Positions 1-13,935 of a stretch of DNA of 64,000 nucleotides are shown in pieces. Source of the stretch: Neophaeotheca triangularis (lineage: Eukaryota); contig BAAIJX010000014.1 of the NCBI GenBank assembly GCA_054600435.1, forward strand, positions 310,001 through 374,000, written 5' to 3'. A program made the translations under genes and the position numbers. The notes under the pieces were generated by a model, which worked only from the letters and a program-made list of their open reading frames with translations, ran no database searches and was not told where the DNA came from. Positions within the stretch are counted from its first letter, which is position 1. Every line of letters starts with the position of its first letter.

Positions 1-1330
1 CCTTGGGTGGGCGAAGAGGAAAGTCAAAAGGCTTAAGGTAGGTCGGCTGGTGGGGTCGGATGGAACGTCTTCGCCGATCGTCACCGCTTACCTTACCTTA
101 GGCTGATTGTCCTGTATCCACTCATCTTATTAGTGCCTGTCTTCCCCAGGCACTTTGATTAAAGGCTTGTCTTCGTTCAATCACGTCGCAACGACAACAG
201 TAGTATATGGCCATGTACCTACTACATTACATATACAAACATCACAAGGACAACAATCAAGCAACCGGCTCAGCTATTCCCTGTCGCTACATCAACATAC
301 CACCCACATCTCACTCAAAGCACCCGACCTGGTCTAGATTCAGCCCTGCCAGCTCGTAGCCTATCGAGAGCTTAAGAGCTTGCCCGTCCGCCTTGCAGGG
401 CTGCGGGGAAATACAGTAGGTACCTAGGTAGATCAAGTCAGCAACGCCATCAAACTTGCTTTCAAAACGGCTATTTAGCGAGAAAGTCTGTCGCCCGTCG
501 TCTCAACATTCCTCTGCCCCGGGCGGGTAAGGAAGGACAGGCGAGCGAAGCCTGAATTTTCTACGAAACCACCACACGTGCCCGATGACATTCATTACTA
601 CCGCAAGCCCCCATAGCTGCCCGGTACGAAAGTACCTCACGGCCGCTTGCCATCGTACCAAAGCATGCATCGCAAGCGCGTCCAAGCACGTTCCGAATAG
701 AATCGGGGCCGAACCTTCGGAATCTCGAGGAACAGGGCTAGCATCCTGAAAGGCCGACCAAGCTTCTGTACTCCATCCCAGACTCGTGCTTGCTTGCCAC
801 GCATGCGCAGTGCAAAGACAACGCTTGTACAATAGGCATCAGTCTTGATGTAAGCCTTGTCATGGTCTCCTTCATCATGTCGTCCGCTGGCGCTTATAAC
901 GAATGAGTTTCATGCATCGAATACACAGCATATACTCCAAGTGACTAACCGTGCCGGGTTCAAGAATGTCGCCGGCCATGCATTACCTCCTAGGAGGTTT
1001 GGGAGCGTTCATTCAGGATTACAACAACCGTGCCGCACCAACCCGCCACTGCTTTCAAAACGGCCATCGCATCTTTCTTACTGGCCGGGTAGCCGCCACA
1101 CTTTGCCATCGACCATAACGTGCAGCCTTACGCCGCCCTAAAGCAGCACGTTGGGCACACCCTCGACGAGTTTCTCCGGAAGCCTTACAGCCAGGCTGAA
1201 GCACACGTCACGAGAGTCTATTACCCGTCGCTCTCCTGCCTTGCTTTAAGTTTCTCATCGTGCCAGGCGAGCAACGGCGGGAAAGGCCGTGGCTGCAAGG
1301 CGAGTTCTCGGCGTCACTACTACTAGGAGG

Positions 1331-1361
1331 TACTACTACCACTACTACTACTACTACTACT
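1331..1361. repeat. (CTA)n microsatellite
   Basis: tactactaccactactactactactactact seen directly. Confidence 0.85.
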
Positions 1362-1922
1362 GCTAGGTATCGAGGTATATCTCTCGTCGCGACTACTTTC
1401 CTTCGGCAACTGAGATGATTTGCGACCTTCGGCACTCGCTGAAAGCGGTATCAAGTGGGTGCCAAGATTTGCACTGCCCCCTTCGTATTGATTGACTTCA
1501 TTCGCCAGCCGTAAGGGTCCGTGGTGTTATTGTTTCCGCGTCGCCGCGTGCCTCAACGACATCATGTTGAGCATGGAAAGGTGAAATTGGTGGCTTGTGT
1601 ATTCTTCGTTGTTAAGTTACACAAGAGAGTTTGCGGTCCTGACACGCGCTGGGTTTGCTTTTCAGGCTCGAGCAGGACGTTCGTTTCCTCGAGTTTACCT
1701 GCCCGGCTATCTGCGGCGCTTAGGAGCTGACCAATCATGTAAGTTTTTCGACCGGCCCGGTCCGCGGTATTTCGAGGTAAGCGCGAGAACAACTCCATCG
1801 TACATGTCGTCGAGATTTCGAGGTAGACCAGGGCTATCCACCGACGAAGTCGCAAACGAAAAGGAACCTTGTAAAAAGCCACAAAGAGTGAAAGAAGCCA
1901 CTCCAAGCCCCCTCACTCTAAC

Positions 1923-3416
1923 ATGTCGCTCCTCGACAAAGTTCCCGGCGAACTAAACCTCTACATCGGCGGGTTGGTCAGTCCTTGCCTCGGCGCGCAC
2001 AAAACTGACGAGTCTCACAAAGACATCGAACCTGACACCCATCATTGCCAGACTCTTCACATTGAGACGGAAGGAAGCGATACGGGAAGCTGGCATCACG
2101 CATGTGCTGTCGGTGCTGCGGGCGCCGCTGGAGGAGGCGCTGTTCGAAGGCTTCGAGCACATGGTTGTAGAGGTTGATGATGTGGATGATGAGAATTTGC
2201 TCGAGCACTTTTCGGCTACCAATGAGTTTATTCAAAGGGGTTTGGATGGAGGGGGTGCGGTGCTGGTGCATTGGTGAGTGGCTATTTCTTTTTTCGCTCT
2301 CCTTTGGTTTTTATCTTATCTTTTTGGTTCCTGGCTTGGGAAACCTGCGAAAATATGTTTCCAGGAGGTGGTATATGGGTATTTCAAAAGATTGTCATTT
2401 ATGGTATTGCAAAGCGAAGATCGGTTTTTCTTCAATACTCCTTTTTTTTTTCCCGGCTAGAAGGAGTATGAGCTGCTGCGTCGTTTTCCAACCGCCCAGT
2501 CTGGCGGTAGCCCCCCTTTTCTCGACCACCAGCATCAAAAGCAAACTGCCAAAGCGTACATCGTCCTAATCACTCACGTCCGAAACAGCGCCATGGGCAA
2601 ATCGCGCTCCGCAACCTGTGTAAGCGCCTACCTAATGCACCGCCACCTCATCACACCGGAAGAAGCTCTGGCGCAAATCCGCCAAGCCCGGCCCCTCTGC
2701 GAACCCAACGAGGGTTTCGCCCAACAACTCGACCTCTACCACAAAATGGCCACGCCCGACGACATCGAAGCCCAACCCCCTTACCAGCGATGGCTGTACT
2801 TGCGGGAAGTGGAATTGAGCCGCGCGTGCGGTCAGGCGCCCGAGGCCGACAAGATCCGTTTCGAAGACGAGCACGGCGCCGAGAGCGCGGCGGACGGCGA
2901 GGTCGAGTTCAGGTGTCGCAAGTGTCGGTATGTTTGCGCGCTCTCTCATTACAAAAATCCTGTACCCAACAATCAGCACTTTCGCACACGGAGCTGACAT
3001 CAACATCTTTCCCCCAACCCAGCCGCCCGCTAGCAACATCCCAATACCTAACCCCGCACCCCCCGCACCAAAGCCCGCACACCCACGCCCCCTCCAAAAA
3101 CCCCGCCGGCACTAGCACTTCCGCCGAAGCCTGCGCTCACCACTTCCTCGACCCCCTTTCCTGGATGCGTCCGGAGCTGGAGCAGGGCAAACTCGACGGC
3201 CGCCTCGAGTGTCCCAAGTGCCGCGCCAACGTCGGCAAGTACGCGTGGCAGGGCATGCAGTGCAGTTGCGGCGAGTGGGTGGTGCCGGGGATTAGTTTGA
3301 GCAAGGGAAAGTTGGACGAGGTTCGGAAAGCAGTTGGTGGGGGCGGGGGGATGGGGATTAGAATGCCACCGGGTGTTGGTGGGAGGAAGTCGGGGCAGGG
3401 GGCTGGGAATTTGTGA
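1923..3416 (+). CDS. YVH1: Dual-specificity protein phosphatase Yvh1/DUSP12 family
   Basis: Spliced model: exons 1923-1972, 2052-2273, 2589-2927, 3023-3416, all GT-AG and in frame. Splicing creates the catalytic VHCAMGKSRS motif. C-terminal Zn-binding domain FRCRKCR...CAHHF...GRLECPKCRANVGKYAWQGMQCSCG. Confidence 0.93.
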
Positions 3417-6118
3417 AATGGGTTTTGGGAGTTTGTTCTCGTTCTCGTTCTGTGAGTGGAGTGGAGTGGGCTAGGGAAAGTGGCGCGTATGAGGCCTTCT
3501 TCTTTTGCTGCGCTATGCCGATCGAGCTTGCAAAAATTGATCGCCTCACCCTGTTATCCGAACGTACAGAGAAAAAAATATAAAAAATCATCGGGTCCTT
3601 AACTCCCTTCGTCAGCGTAAAACAGCAACTCACACGCATTCTCCCACGAGCAACACCAACGAATCCCACCATCCCCCCTTCTCATCTCCCACAACAACAC
3701 CCCCGCAACCCCTCACCCGCTTCCAAGCCCGCTGCCAAAAAAAAAAAGAGAAAAAAAAAAGAAAACCACCCCTTTCACAGTACCCCAAGCCCAATCTCCC
3801 CCAGTTTCTGGCAAAGCAAAAGAAACCACCTTGTATCCCCCCCACCCGCTGGAGAAAATTCTCTCGCGGCCTTTCACCCCCCCGTCCCATGCGCAAAAAA
3901 CACCGCGTTCTCACCCCGCAACCCTTGGCGCTACTCAAGGAGCTCCACAGCCATCTCCCGGCAGCGAGGCGGTCGGGTTCTTTCTCTCGCGCTTAGGGAC
4001 TAAGAAGTTGGTCTTTCTGGGGGTGGCGGTGGTGTTGGGAGTTGGGGGTCGAGCGTTGCTAGAGGGCACGGGTTCTGTGGCTATGGGTTTGCTCGCTTTG
4101 GGAGGGGGGAAGGCTGAAGGGGTGTATGTAGATGAGGGCGTGGGGCTTTGAGGCTCGGGGAGGGTTGGTGAGGGGTGGGATGGATGGGGGGTGCGTGTTC
4201 TGCGTCTTCCTGGCGGCGCTGTTGAGGTTGTTGATGTTGATGTCGCTCGCTCTTGGTTGTGGTGGGTTTGGTCCGTTCAGTTGAGTCTGGTGTTTTTGTG
4301 TGTTTGCTTGAGTGATTGGGGTTTTATGTTTGGTATGGTGGTTGGGAGGAGTCGGGGCTTTCGTTCGCGAAGGGGTTTGGTATACTAGGGCTCGTGGTTT
4401 GGCTTCTGCTACTAGGGATGGGGACCGATGCTTCTCTTGTACGAACTGGCTTGGGACATGTCTTCGTTGGAAATGAGGCTGTGTTGCACTTCTGGTAAAG
4501 CAATGGATTGGCGAGCTATCTTGACAGATATTGAATAGATTTTTTGATCCATATAGGAATTCAAAACCCTGCCTACTATTCATCGTGGGGCCAAGGTCAA
4601 TGATTTGCTCCTTTTTTCTTCTCCGCCATGGACCGCTCGCGTCGCATTTAGAGTGAGGCGTTGGTAACGAAGATTGTCGGTGTGGTCTCCCTTCATTCGA
4701 TCATTATAATTATTTGAAGTATACCAGTCCGTTCAGATCCTGCTCAAGGCAGGCCATAGCATTTTTGGCCTCGAGAACGGATTAACCAGCTTTTGAACGC
4801 TAAGCATGCAAAGAAGAGCTCACTTGTGCATTCCTGGTGCTAAGTCGACCACGTGATCAGTGGACGGAAAAAGTCGCAGGAGTCTTCGGAATGCGTTCGC
4901 ACGGGCGAACAAGTGTTCGTTTGTGATCTAGTCTGGCGCAGAACGGGTTTATCGTTTGCGCACGCTTGCAAACTACGGCCTAGCCATTCTACACTCTTGC
5001 GATCGCCACGAAGAAGGATCGTTCCGTAGCATAATACAGCCTGCAGGCTTCTCACCCGGGGCATACCGTACAAGAGCGGCGTGGGCAAAAATTTAAAGTC
5101 CGCGAGTGGAAGGTATCTCGAAAATCGACGTCGATTGAGATGCGACCTGGTGTGATTCGTCAAGGGCATTGCTCCCCTACAGCCCCCGGACGTAAAACCC
5201 GATGAAAAGGTACTGATTGCGAAGTTGAATAGGCGGTTACAGGATTTTCTGCCACAGCGGGTCATTTGCGAGTCGCGAAGGCTAGAAATTGTGTGGATGT
5301 GCTGCAGAAGCTAGAGTTTCTCGTTAAATTTCGCAAAGTCCTCGCGGACAAGCGTATGGTCCAATGAAAAGGTCACTTGTAGAAGGCCAAAGCCGGCAAA
5401 ATTTCTCCTTCCCCGTGCGTGTATCAGGCTGGACAAGGATGCTGGGTCGCAAAGCCAGGCTGGGAAGGTAGGGCCTGAAGAGCGATTTCATGGTGAAAGC
5501 TCGGCTGTAGCTGATGCCGAAGTTGCTGGCGGCGAGAATATGTTGTCTGTTCCGGCTATACAGCAAGCAACATGGCTTGCATTGTATTGTAGATGTAGTG
5601 GTTGCGGTAAGAGAAATACGTGTGGTCAGTTGTGTGAAGGTAGTAGGAGGTACGGTAGGTAGGTAGGTAGGTAGTTGTTGATTGACAGTTGCCAAGGGGG
5701 TCATAAAGCTCGGGCCGGCAGGCATCCAGGTGGCAGTCAATTTGCTGCCTCGTTGCCTCGCTGCCTCGCTGCCTTGCCAACTCAACTCTGGCCGGGGGTG
5801 GGAGAGTAGTACTAGGTACCTACTAACCAGTACCTACTAGTACTACTAAATAAGCACAACTTGCACAAGCATATGCTGAGGAGGTACTGTACTGTACCTT
5901 ATCGACCAGATTGCCCAGCTGGCTGCCCTCACTGCAACTTGACCCCCTTTGCCCCTCTCACCTTGTCTTGCTTGCTTGTACCTCGTCCAACTCCTCGACA
6001 TCGACATCGGCATCCATCTCACTCAATAACCGCGACAGTCTCACTGCCACGACCCACCAGTCACTCGATAAATCAATCTTCTCGATCTTGCAAGGCAAAG
6101 GCTGTTTGTGAAGCAAAC

Positions 6119-6120
<2 letters not shown>

Positions 6121-6149
<29 letters not shown>

Positions 6150-6150
6150 G
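6121..6150. repeat. (AGAC)n microsatellite upstream of RHO1
   Basis: About 7 perfect AGAC units seen directly. Confidence 0.9.
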
Positions 6151-6326
6151 CAGAGACACAGCCGCCCGCAGCAGCACGTACCGTCGCAGCAGCACCCCGT
6201 GACGGTGAGTCCCGTGGACCGTGCCTCAACAGCCATCCGACATCAACATCCAAGCCTCCGCGCGTTTGCACTTCACATCCACCACACCACCACCTCTTCC
6301 ACCACCCTCACGCCTACCAACGCCCT

Positions 6327-6356
6327 CACCACCACCACCACCACCACCACCACCAC
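6327..6356. repeat. (CAC)n microsatellite inside the predicted RHO1 5'-UTR intron
   Basis: 10 CAC units; they explain the spurious poly-His/Pro/Thr ORFs here. Confidence 0.9.
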
Positions 6357-6451
6357 ATCTGTCCAACCTTCCCCTCAGCATCGACTCGTCCACTCGTTCT
6401 TTCGCTCGCTTTCTTCCACTCTTCTGGTCGGTTAATTGACGCTTTGCGCAG

Positions 6452-7353
6452 ATGGCGGAGATCCGTCGCAAGTTGGTCATTGTCGGTGACGGTGCTTGCG
6501 GAAAGACTTGTCTGCTCATGTGAGTCTGCACCGACATGCCCAATCGCCGAGGTTTAATTATGCTAATACCCCCGACAGTGTCTTCTCCAAGGGCACCTTC
6601 CCCGAGGTACGTCGAGGCCGCTCGCTCCCCCTCCCACCCCTATTTGCCGAATCGTGTCCCGCCGACGATAACGAGCACCCCATCTATCGCTACACCTACT
6701 CTTTCTATCAAGAGCATCGCTGACACAAATACACCCACAGGTCTACGTCCCCACTGTCTTCGAGAACTACGTCGCAGATGTCGAGGTGGATGGCAAGCAT
6801 GTCGAACTAGCGCTGTGGGATACGGCTGGCCAAGAAGACTACGACCGCCTCAGACCTCTCTCATACCCAGACTCCCACGTCATCCTCATCTGTTTCGCTG
6901 TCGACTCGCCCGACTCGCTCGACAATGTGCAAGAGAAGGTACGATGAAATGTCACGTGCTTCATAAACCGCATGCAACAATGCTGACACCTTGCCAACTG
7001 TAGTGGATCTCAGAAGTCCTTCATTTCTGCCAGGGCCTTCCCATCATCCTCGTCGGCTGCAAGAAGGATCTCAGATACGACCAGAAGACGATCGAGGAGC
7101 TGCACAAGACTTCGCAGAAGCCAGTTACCCCAGAGCAGGTACGCGAGCGCATCAAAGCCACATTAAAAAACTATAGTACACTAACACACCTTCTCCCAAA
7201 TAGGCCGAAGACGTCCGCAAGAAGATTGGAGCCCAGAAATACCTCGAGTGCTCGGCCAAGACCAACGAAGGCGTACGGGAGGTGTTTGAGCACGCCACGC
7301 GCGCCGCGCTGCTCACGAGGAAAGACAAGAAGAAGAAATGCACCATCTTGTAA
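6452..7353 (+). CDS. RHO1: Rho-family small GTPase Rho1/RhoA
   Basis: Exons 6452-6519, 6579-6606, 6741-6938, 7004-7138, 7204-7353. [20 protein letters not shown]-loop, YVPTVFENY effector loop, [18 protein letters not shown], polybasic tail and CAAX box KKKKCTIL. Confidence 0.97.
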
Positions 7354-9825
7354 ACTACCTTTTCTGCAATCCGTCATACCCCCCAAAGCCAGATAACGCT
7401 ACTACTCGAAGAAACGACCTCTCCAGCACCTCTCTCGCGAAAACCAAATCACTTCTCACGTTTCGTCGAGCCCCTCTTACTTTTAATTCGCGCACGGCTT
7501 TACAGCTCTCTCGACACACATTACCAACCGGACCGGGGCGAAGGAGGCGCGATTTGGGCAGTTACTTGCATGCGTTGCGGGCATTAGGGGGACTCCTCTA
7601 TGGCATCTCCGCTTCCGTCTCGGGCCACAGACACTAAGCAAAAGACCACAAAACAACACGTAATAAAAACTCTCGAGGACGGGCGGCATGAAGGGGAAGC
7701 AAAGGACTGGAGGGACCGTTCATCAACTGCAGCTCGGAGCGGAGCGGAGCAAGGAAGGGGGGTGATGGAGAAAGCGAAGCGCTGGATGTCTTTGTTTGCC
7801 AAACCGAACCTCTTGCTTGTTCTTTCTTCTCATTCCCGATGGTGTGCCCTTTTTTTTTTTTTTTTTTTTTGCTTGCTTGCTTACTTGCTTGACCTTTACG
7901 GTTGCCTCAGCTGCATGTGTGCGTAAGGCAGCCAGATAACTTTGGGGAGTTTTTGCTTGTGTGTTCGATTATATCTCTTTGTGGTTTTGTCTACACTTCT
8001 TTCCCCCGGGTCTGGAATACCTAATCTCAGCCGCGCACCAAGCTCGGCGGTAAATAATAACGTCGGTATGCGTGATTTCCTGGACGGGCGAGTGACTTTG
8101 TTGTTTGCACGGCATATAGACAGCACTTGTGGAAAACCTTGAGAACGGCTTTTGTCAAGTCCCCTCGCCTGATCAAATCTCTCTACTCGACTGGCTGGAG
8201 GTGCGAGGACGCCTAAGTGAAGTGCTTCCTGCTACTTGATCATAGGTCTCAGATTGGGGTGTGTGCTTATATTACAATGTGTATTTCTCGTCCAGAGGGT
8301 CGGCATCTTCTCACAGGACGGCAGTCTATCAAATGATGAAGCGTACGAACAGGACGTGGGGAGAAGTTACCAGCGCTATGTCTAGACAGACAAGTCACAC
8401 ACAATCGAGCGTTTTGAGGGGTTGTGCGGCTTCCCACTTATCAACGTCGACCTTGGGGAATTTCTTGATGCCTTGCATCTTTAGAAGGGGTTGGAAAGTT
8501 CCAGTAGACCATGTGCGTTGGTATTTGATGATGCCAAGATGTCCCCATTTCTCGATATCGAGATCCCAGCATCTGTTCTCCCACGAGGTACTTGGGTACA
8601 TTGGTAGACTTGGGCTGTTTAGGCGAGACACGATGTCATCTCGTAAGGCTGAGAGGAGGAGAGGAGTTTCTTCGTGCCGAGGAATCGAGGGGTGGAGCTT
8701 CGCGGAGATGGTGATCACTACCTTAGGTACTACTGTAGAGTTCTAGACACATGAGCAGAAGCTGCGGAAATTTACCTGGCGTTTGGATGTTTTCTTGACG
8801 CTGCGGGTGTCGTCGCTAATTGTTGTGCTGTGTAGGTAGTAATTATTGACATGCGGTGATTGGGTTGTATATTGGTAGTAGTGATATATGATGAAAGCGA
8901 AGGGGCGCATATGGCGGCAAAAACAAGCGTAGCCGAGGGGCGTTAGAGGGAGTAGTAGTGAGAGAGGCGGGCGTTCGCCCGGCAATTGTAACCGTCGTGT
9001 AACGTGATAACGTGGTGAGAAGTTAATGTTAATAATTATAATCCCGCGCAAAGTGGGAGTGAAGGACCCTGACGTCTACCCAGTCTAGACGTAACGTTAC
9101 GTCGGGCGCTCAGCCAAAAGCTGCTGACTGAAGGAATTATTATTGCTTTTGGTAACATTTGGAAGCCGGCAACGACCGCTCTTGGGTTGACCGTCGACCA
9201 GGAAAACCTTCACCTGTTCCCGTCCAGACCCACCCGCACCAGTCTCAACATCCTCCACTCCTCCGACATCATTCTCTTCCCTCGACGACTTCATCTTTGC
9301 ACGACTACTCCACCGCGTCGATCCATACCATCAACTGCGCAAAGCCGACTCCAACAAGCCACATTCACCACAAGCACCCTCCTCCCACCTCTGCTACTAC
9401 TACCTCGAAGAACAGCCATGTCAACGCGCTGCTTCTCATCTACCTTTTTCCTGTCGCTATGGGCTGCGCGGTGATTTAGTGAGCTGTAACGCTCGCCTTC
9501 TCCCCTCGGGTGAGTAATAAGCCAACAGCTTCATCTGGCGCGCACGTGGAGGTCTGAGGACATTAGGTGAATAATAAGAGCAGTAGCAACTAATAACGGA
9601 CCATTTAACCAGGTTTCCCACCACCGAGCTCTACATTATCACCCAGCTCGGAGTCGCTACCCTTCTCTCCCTCGATCTGTACATTCAACAATACCTACCC
9701 AACGGCCACACACCGACTTGATACATCGACGAGCACACGAAAGCACACTGGCTTAGCAACGCAAGCGAATCGCTGTCTACAGCGCATACATATAGTGTAA
9801 GCACGTGCTATCACAGTAATACCGG

Positions 9826-11056
9826 ATGCGAAATATCGAGGAAATCACACGAGCAATGCCATATCTTTCTCAAGACACCGGACTCGAGCTCTTTGAGCCC
9901 ACAACGAAGCTCGCTGCGCAGCAAGAGCGCAACATGAATGGAGATGAGGTGACCAAGGGCGTGGACAAAGAGAGCCTCAAGCACGCTTCCAAGAAGGAAG
10001 ACAAGTTGGGCGCGATGGAGAACGGAGTTGTGAACGGAGGTAAATTCCATCTTTGCGACTGATTTGCGCCACGCTGGTGCGAAGACCTGACGTCTTTCTT
10101 CAGTCAATACTTCCCCCGAGACGGATCACATGGCTGTCCAGGCAGCGCCCATGCTGAAACACAAGGACCTTGCTACATCTTCACCAGCGCCGCAAAGGGC
10201 GTCGTCATCCACCTCCACACGCAAAGTCAGCATCGCACCTTGTCCTTCACGTCTGGCTCCCATCGTACCGCCTACAAACTGGGGTGCGGTGCGTGAACAC
10301 CAAATCTTCCGGTCCGGCTTTCCAACCGACGAGAACCTCATCTTCCTCGGCACTCTCCTGGTCAAAAGCTGTCTCACTCTGGTTGAAACACCGCCGTCCG
10401 ACGAATACAACAGCTGGCTCTCGTCCAGATCCATCAAACGCTCCGTTATCCCCATCGCTGCCAACAAAGAAGGCCGTATCTCCATCACCCACGACAGCAT
10501 GTGCGCCGCTCTGCTCTTCCTCATGGACTCCTCCAACTGGCCCGTTTACGTCCATTGCAACCAGGGTAAACACCGAACCGGCTGCGTCATCGCTTGCCTG
10601 CGAAAAGTCTGGCGCCAACCCCTCGAAGACGCGCTCTGGGAATACGGCACCTACGCACGTTCCAAACAGCGCGCACCTGACATCGAATTCATCACAAACT
10701 TCAACCCAGACTCAGTCTTCGCCTACGCCAAAGCCAACGGTTTCCTTGAGCAACCCCGCATGAAGCGCATGGATTCCATGGTCGCGGACATCGACTCCCT
10801 GGCCGAAGCGCTGGCTTCGGGTGCCGCGGGCGATGAGAGCGATTTTGCCATCAGCGACAGCTCTTCCACGGACAGCTCGGCAAATTCGGACATCTGGGGC
10901 GAGGGCAGGCCGTTGGTAATGCGCACGCGGTCCAAGAGCTACATTACGCGCACGCATTCCAAGGTGGAGGAGATTATGGGTGCGCCTAGTCCGGATCCAA
11001 ATCCGCATGCGGGTGTTGAGACGAGTGTCGATGAGTTGCCCGAGGGGGTGGATTGA
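9826..11056 (+). CDS. Siw14/Oca-family atypical dual-specificity (tyrosine/inositol-pyrophosphate-type) phosphatase
   Basis: PPTNWGAV...IFRSGFP and an intact HCNQGKHRTG (HCx5R) motif. Intron 10040-10103 joins ORF 9826-10039 in frame to ORF 10130-11056. The start may instead be 9856. Confidence 0.85.
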
Positions 11057-13020
11057 AGTGTGAGAGACGTTTCTCCGTCATACAACGGTGCTGGCGGTCG
11101 GTCTCCTTTGGGGGAAAATGGAACTGACAGTCCTGTTGACTGGTGATGGAGCTGAATACGCCCACGACTCGGAGCTCTGTTACAAGGATTTACTGGCTTT
11201 TGTCTCCCCGCCCGCCGAACCACTAAAACCAAATCTCGCAATCGCGACACCATAACCATTCGGAACAACAACAATAACTTTTTAATACCGTCAGTCCTCC
11301 GCCCTCTCTCGTCGGGTCAGGTGGGGGCACAAACATGACTACTTGTTTTATGACTTGCTCACTTAGCGCCGGCGCTCGGGGAATGGGGAGCGAGAAGGAA
11401 ACGGGAGGGCAAAGGGCGAAGTGTTCTTTCCCCTTTGCACGCAAGACCCTCAGCAGATGAGTTCTCTGTAGTTTTGGTCTTGGGATTTTTCGGGTTCGGT
11501 CCTCTTTTGTCGGACTGGGCTATGGCATAGAGAGCGAGCGCTACCAGTTTTTCACGGGTCTTCTAGAATCAAACAGAGCGGAAACTATCTCGAACTTGCT
11601 CGCCCTGCAGTCACGCTGGCGGCTCTCGAGTGGCTGATCATCGTAAAACATACTTTCAGCTAGCTCGCGGCGTAGATACACGGATTCATCTACGCGCTTG
11701 CTGCCATCCCTTTCTCTTTGCTGCCGTGCTTGCGAGTCGCCCACCTTCCTCTTCTCTACCCGAAATATAGATCCAATATGGGGGGAGGGGGGGCTGCTTA
11801 TGCAAATCCACGCAAAACAACCGTGCAAACTCTCGGTGGCCAATCTTTTCTTTTCTTTCTCCTTTCCCATGTCTGGCATTTGGATGTACTGTAGTCGGTC
11901 ATCCGCCCGCCGCGCCACCTCTACAACCCCTGCCAAAGTTAAACCCCAGCGCGAGGAACAGAGAGCGCCATGCGATGCCATGTCTCCTCTCTCCCGGCAA
12001 GCAGGGATCCAGTGCTTCTCCTTGCTCGCTCCGGACCAACTTGCTCTCCGGCGCCACTTCCTTTTCGCACGGGTTTGGGGTGTGGGGTATGGTTTATGGT
12101 CTACGGTTTACGGTTTACGTTCTAGCTTTCAGAAGCGCGCTGACGATATTCGTACTAGGAGCGAAGGGGAGGAAGTGCGTATACAGCGGTTTGAACCCAC
12201 GGCACGCACGCGGGTGTGCGGACGAGTTGCTGAAAGGTCTTTTCAATCTTATTTTGAGCTCGAAAGAGGACAAGTCTGGTGCTTTGGGATGAGTCTTGGA
12301 GGCTGGGAGATGGGGGAGGGAGGGGTGTCTTGAGGCTTTTCGTCGGTGGGGAAGGAAATGAGGGAGAAAGGGGTTTGTCCTTCGTCGGAAGCGCGGATTG
12401 AGGGACGTTGGGAGGGAGTCTTTGAGCCTCTTTGCGCGGTTTGTTGCGGTAGGGTATGGTTGATTGCTGCTCCGTTGGGCGGATGGGTTTGCGATTTGCG
12501 GTGTTGGGGTTTGGGGAATCGGCTTTGCTTCTATGCTTTCGGGGGAGAGGCTGGAGGAGATTTACGCGGTTTCTACGGGCCACGCATGTGATGTCGTGAT
12601 GGGGTTATCAAGGGCGCTGGAGTTGATTTGCCTTAGTTTCTGCTTGGGCGAGACTTGTCTTGCCGTGCGGGAGATTTTGCTTGCAACATGAGCTTCCATC
12701 GATGAGGACTATGACATGTACAGCGAGCGGGCTGTTGCAGTCTTTGCCATTGCGCTAGGGCACGCACCAAACGGGTGCCAGATGCTTTGATTCTCTGGGG
12801 AAAGGTCCCATTGTTTCACACTCGGCGCAATCTTGTAGTATCAACAGACACAGAAGTCCGCCGCACCAACCACTTGTCCAGTCTAACTCTTGATATACAT
12901 GAAGATTGTACACACAAATCCACCTTCTGTAAAGAACGCCCCAACACCACGCCATGCAAACGTAAGACAAGCCCAACCTCCCCATCCCCTTCCCTCCGTC
13001 TTAACAAAAATACCCCCCAA

Positions 13021-13687
13021 TCACCTACTCCTCTGCTGCTCAGGGTAAACCCTCTTCTTCCCGACCTCTTTAACCCCCTCATCGCCCTCCGCCCTCAACC
13101 GCTCAAACCTGCCAATCATCTCCTCCAGGTCCCTCTCCCCCTCCCTCCTAAACCGGGTGACCTTCATGACATTCGCAGCCGTCATGTCATTGATCTTCTG
13201 CTTTCCCTGCGAGCGCGCGTTGGCGATACTTTTCGCCGTCATGGCGAAACGCATGTCTTTGGGCCCGTCGACGAGCTCGAGAATCGCGGACGGCGCTTGG
13301 TCTTCTTTGATCGGCTCGATGCGGAGCACGCGCGTGTAGCCGCCTGGGCGCGAGAGGTAGCGGGTTTTGAGAGTTGTGAATAGTTTCGTCATGTGTTCGG
13401 GGCGAGCGGGGTTCTAGGGAAGGGGTATTAGTTGGGTATGGTTGGATGGGTAAGGTTGAGAGCGATCATACATAGAAGATTGCTTGCGCTTTTGTTCGGC
13501 TGGCGTTGGTGTTCTTTTTGCCGAGCGTTATGAGTTTCTCTGCCAGGCGTTGGGCTTCTTTTGCTTTTTCCCAGGTTGTTGATATGGATTCGTGCTCGAT
13601 CAGGGAGGTGACGAGGTTGCGGAGGAGGGCTTGTCGGTGCGCGGACGAGCGTCCTAGGGCGCGGTATTTGACGTAGCCGCCTGCCAT
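13021..13687 (-). CDS. MRPL8: Mitochondrial large-subunit ribosomal protein bL17m
   Basis: Exons 13687-13472 and 13413-13021. L17 signatures [47 protein letters not shown] and [14 protein letters not shown]...[12 protein letters not shown]. Confidence 0.93.
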
Positions 13688-13935
13688 TGTTCAAGAGGCT
13701 ATAAATCAATGCAAGGGAGGTTGCAGAGGTCCTCGGTATATCGCTTCTCGCTGTCGAGATCGTCTGAAGTCGACTTCTCGGAAGCTTGCCGAACGGCGAA
13801 CGACTGCTGCAATTGGACACTCCCGAACTTCCCGCAAGCACACTACAGACATACCTACATCGACTCTGGACTTCCTCCTAGGCCCTCTCAACACCACGCG
13901 AAAGGGAGTTCCACCTCTCCGGCAATCCGCCCAAA

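Noticed and set aside
458..1064. 14-bp direct repeat GCTTTCAAAACGGC at 458 and 1051
   Set aside because: Only two copies and no element-like content between them; may be chance.
3830..4583. Several overlapping ORFs downstream of YVH1
   Set aside because: Low-complexity products of skewed composition; no consistent start or splice model.
8261..8746. Opposed ORFs of 107 and 161 aa
   Set aside because: Non-ATG starts and no recognisable domain; a gene fragment cannot be excluded without BLASTX.
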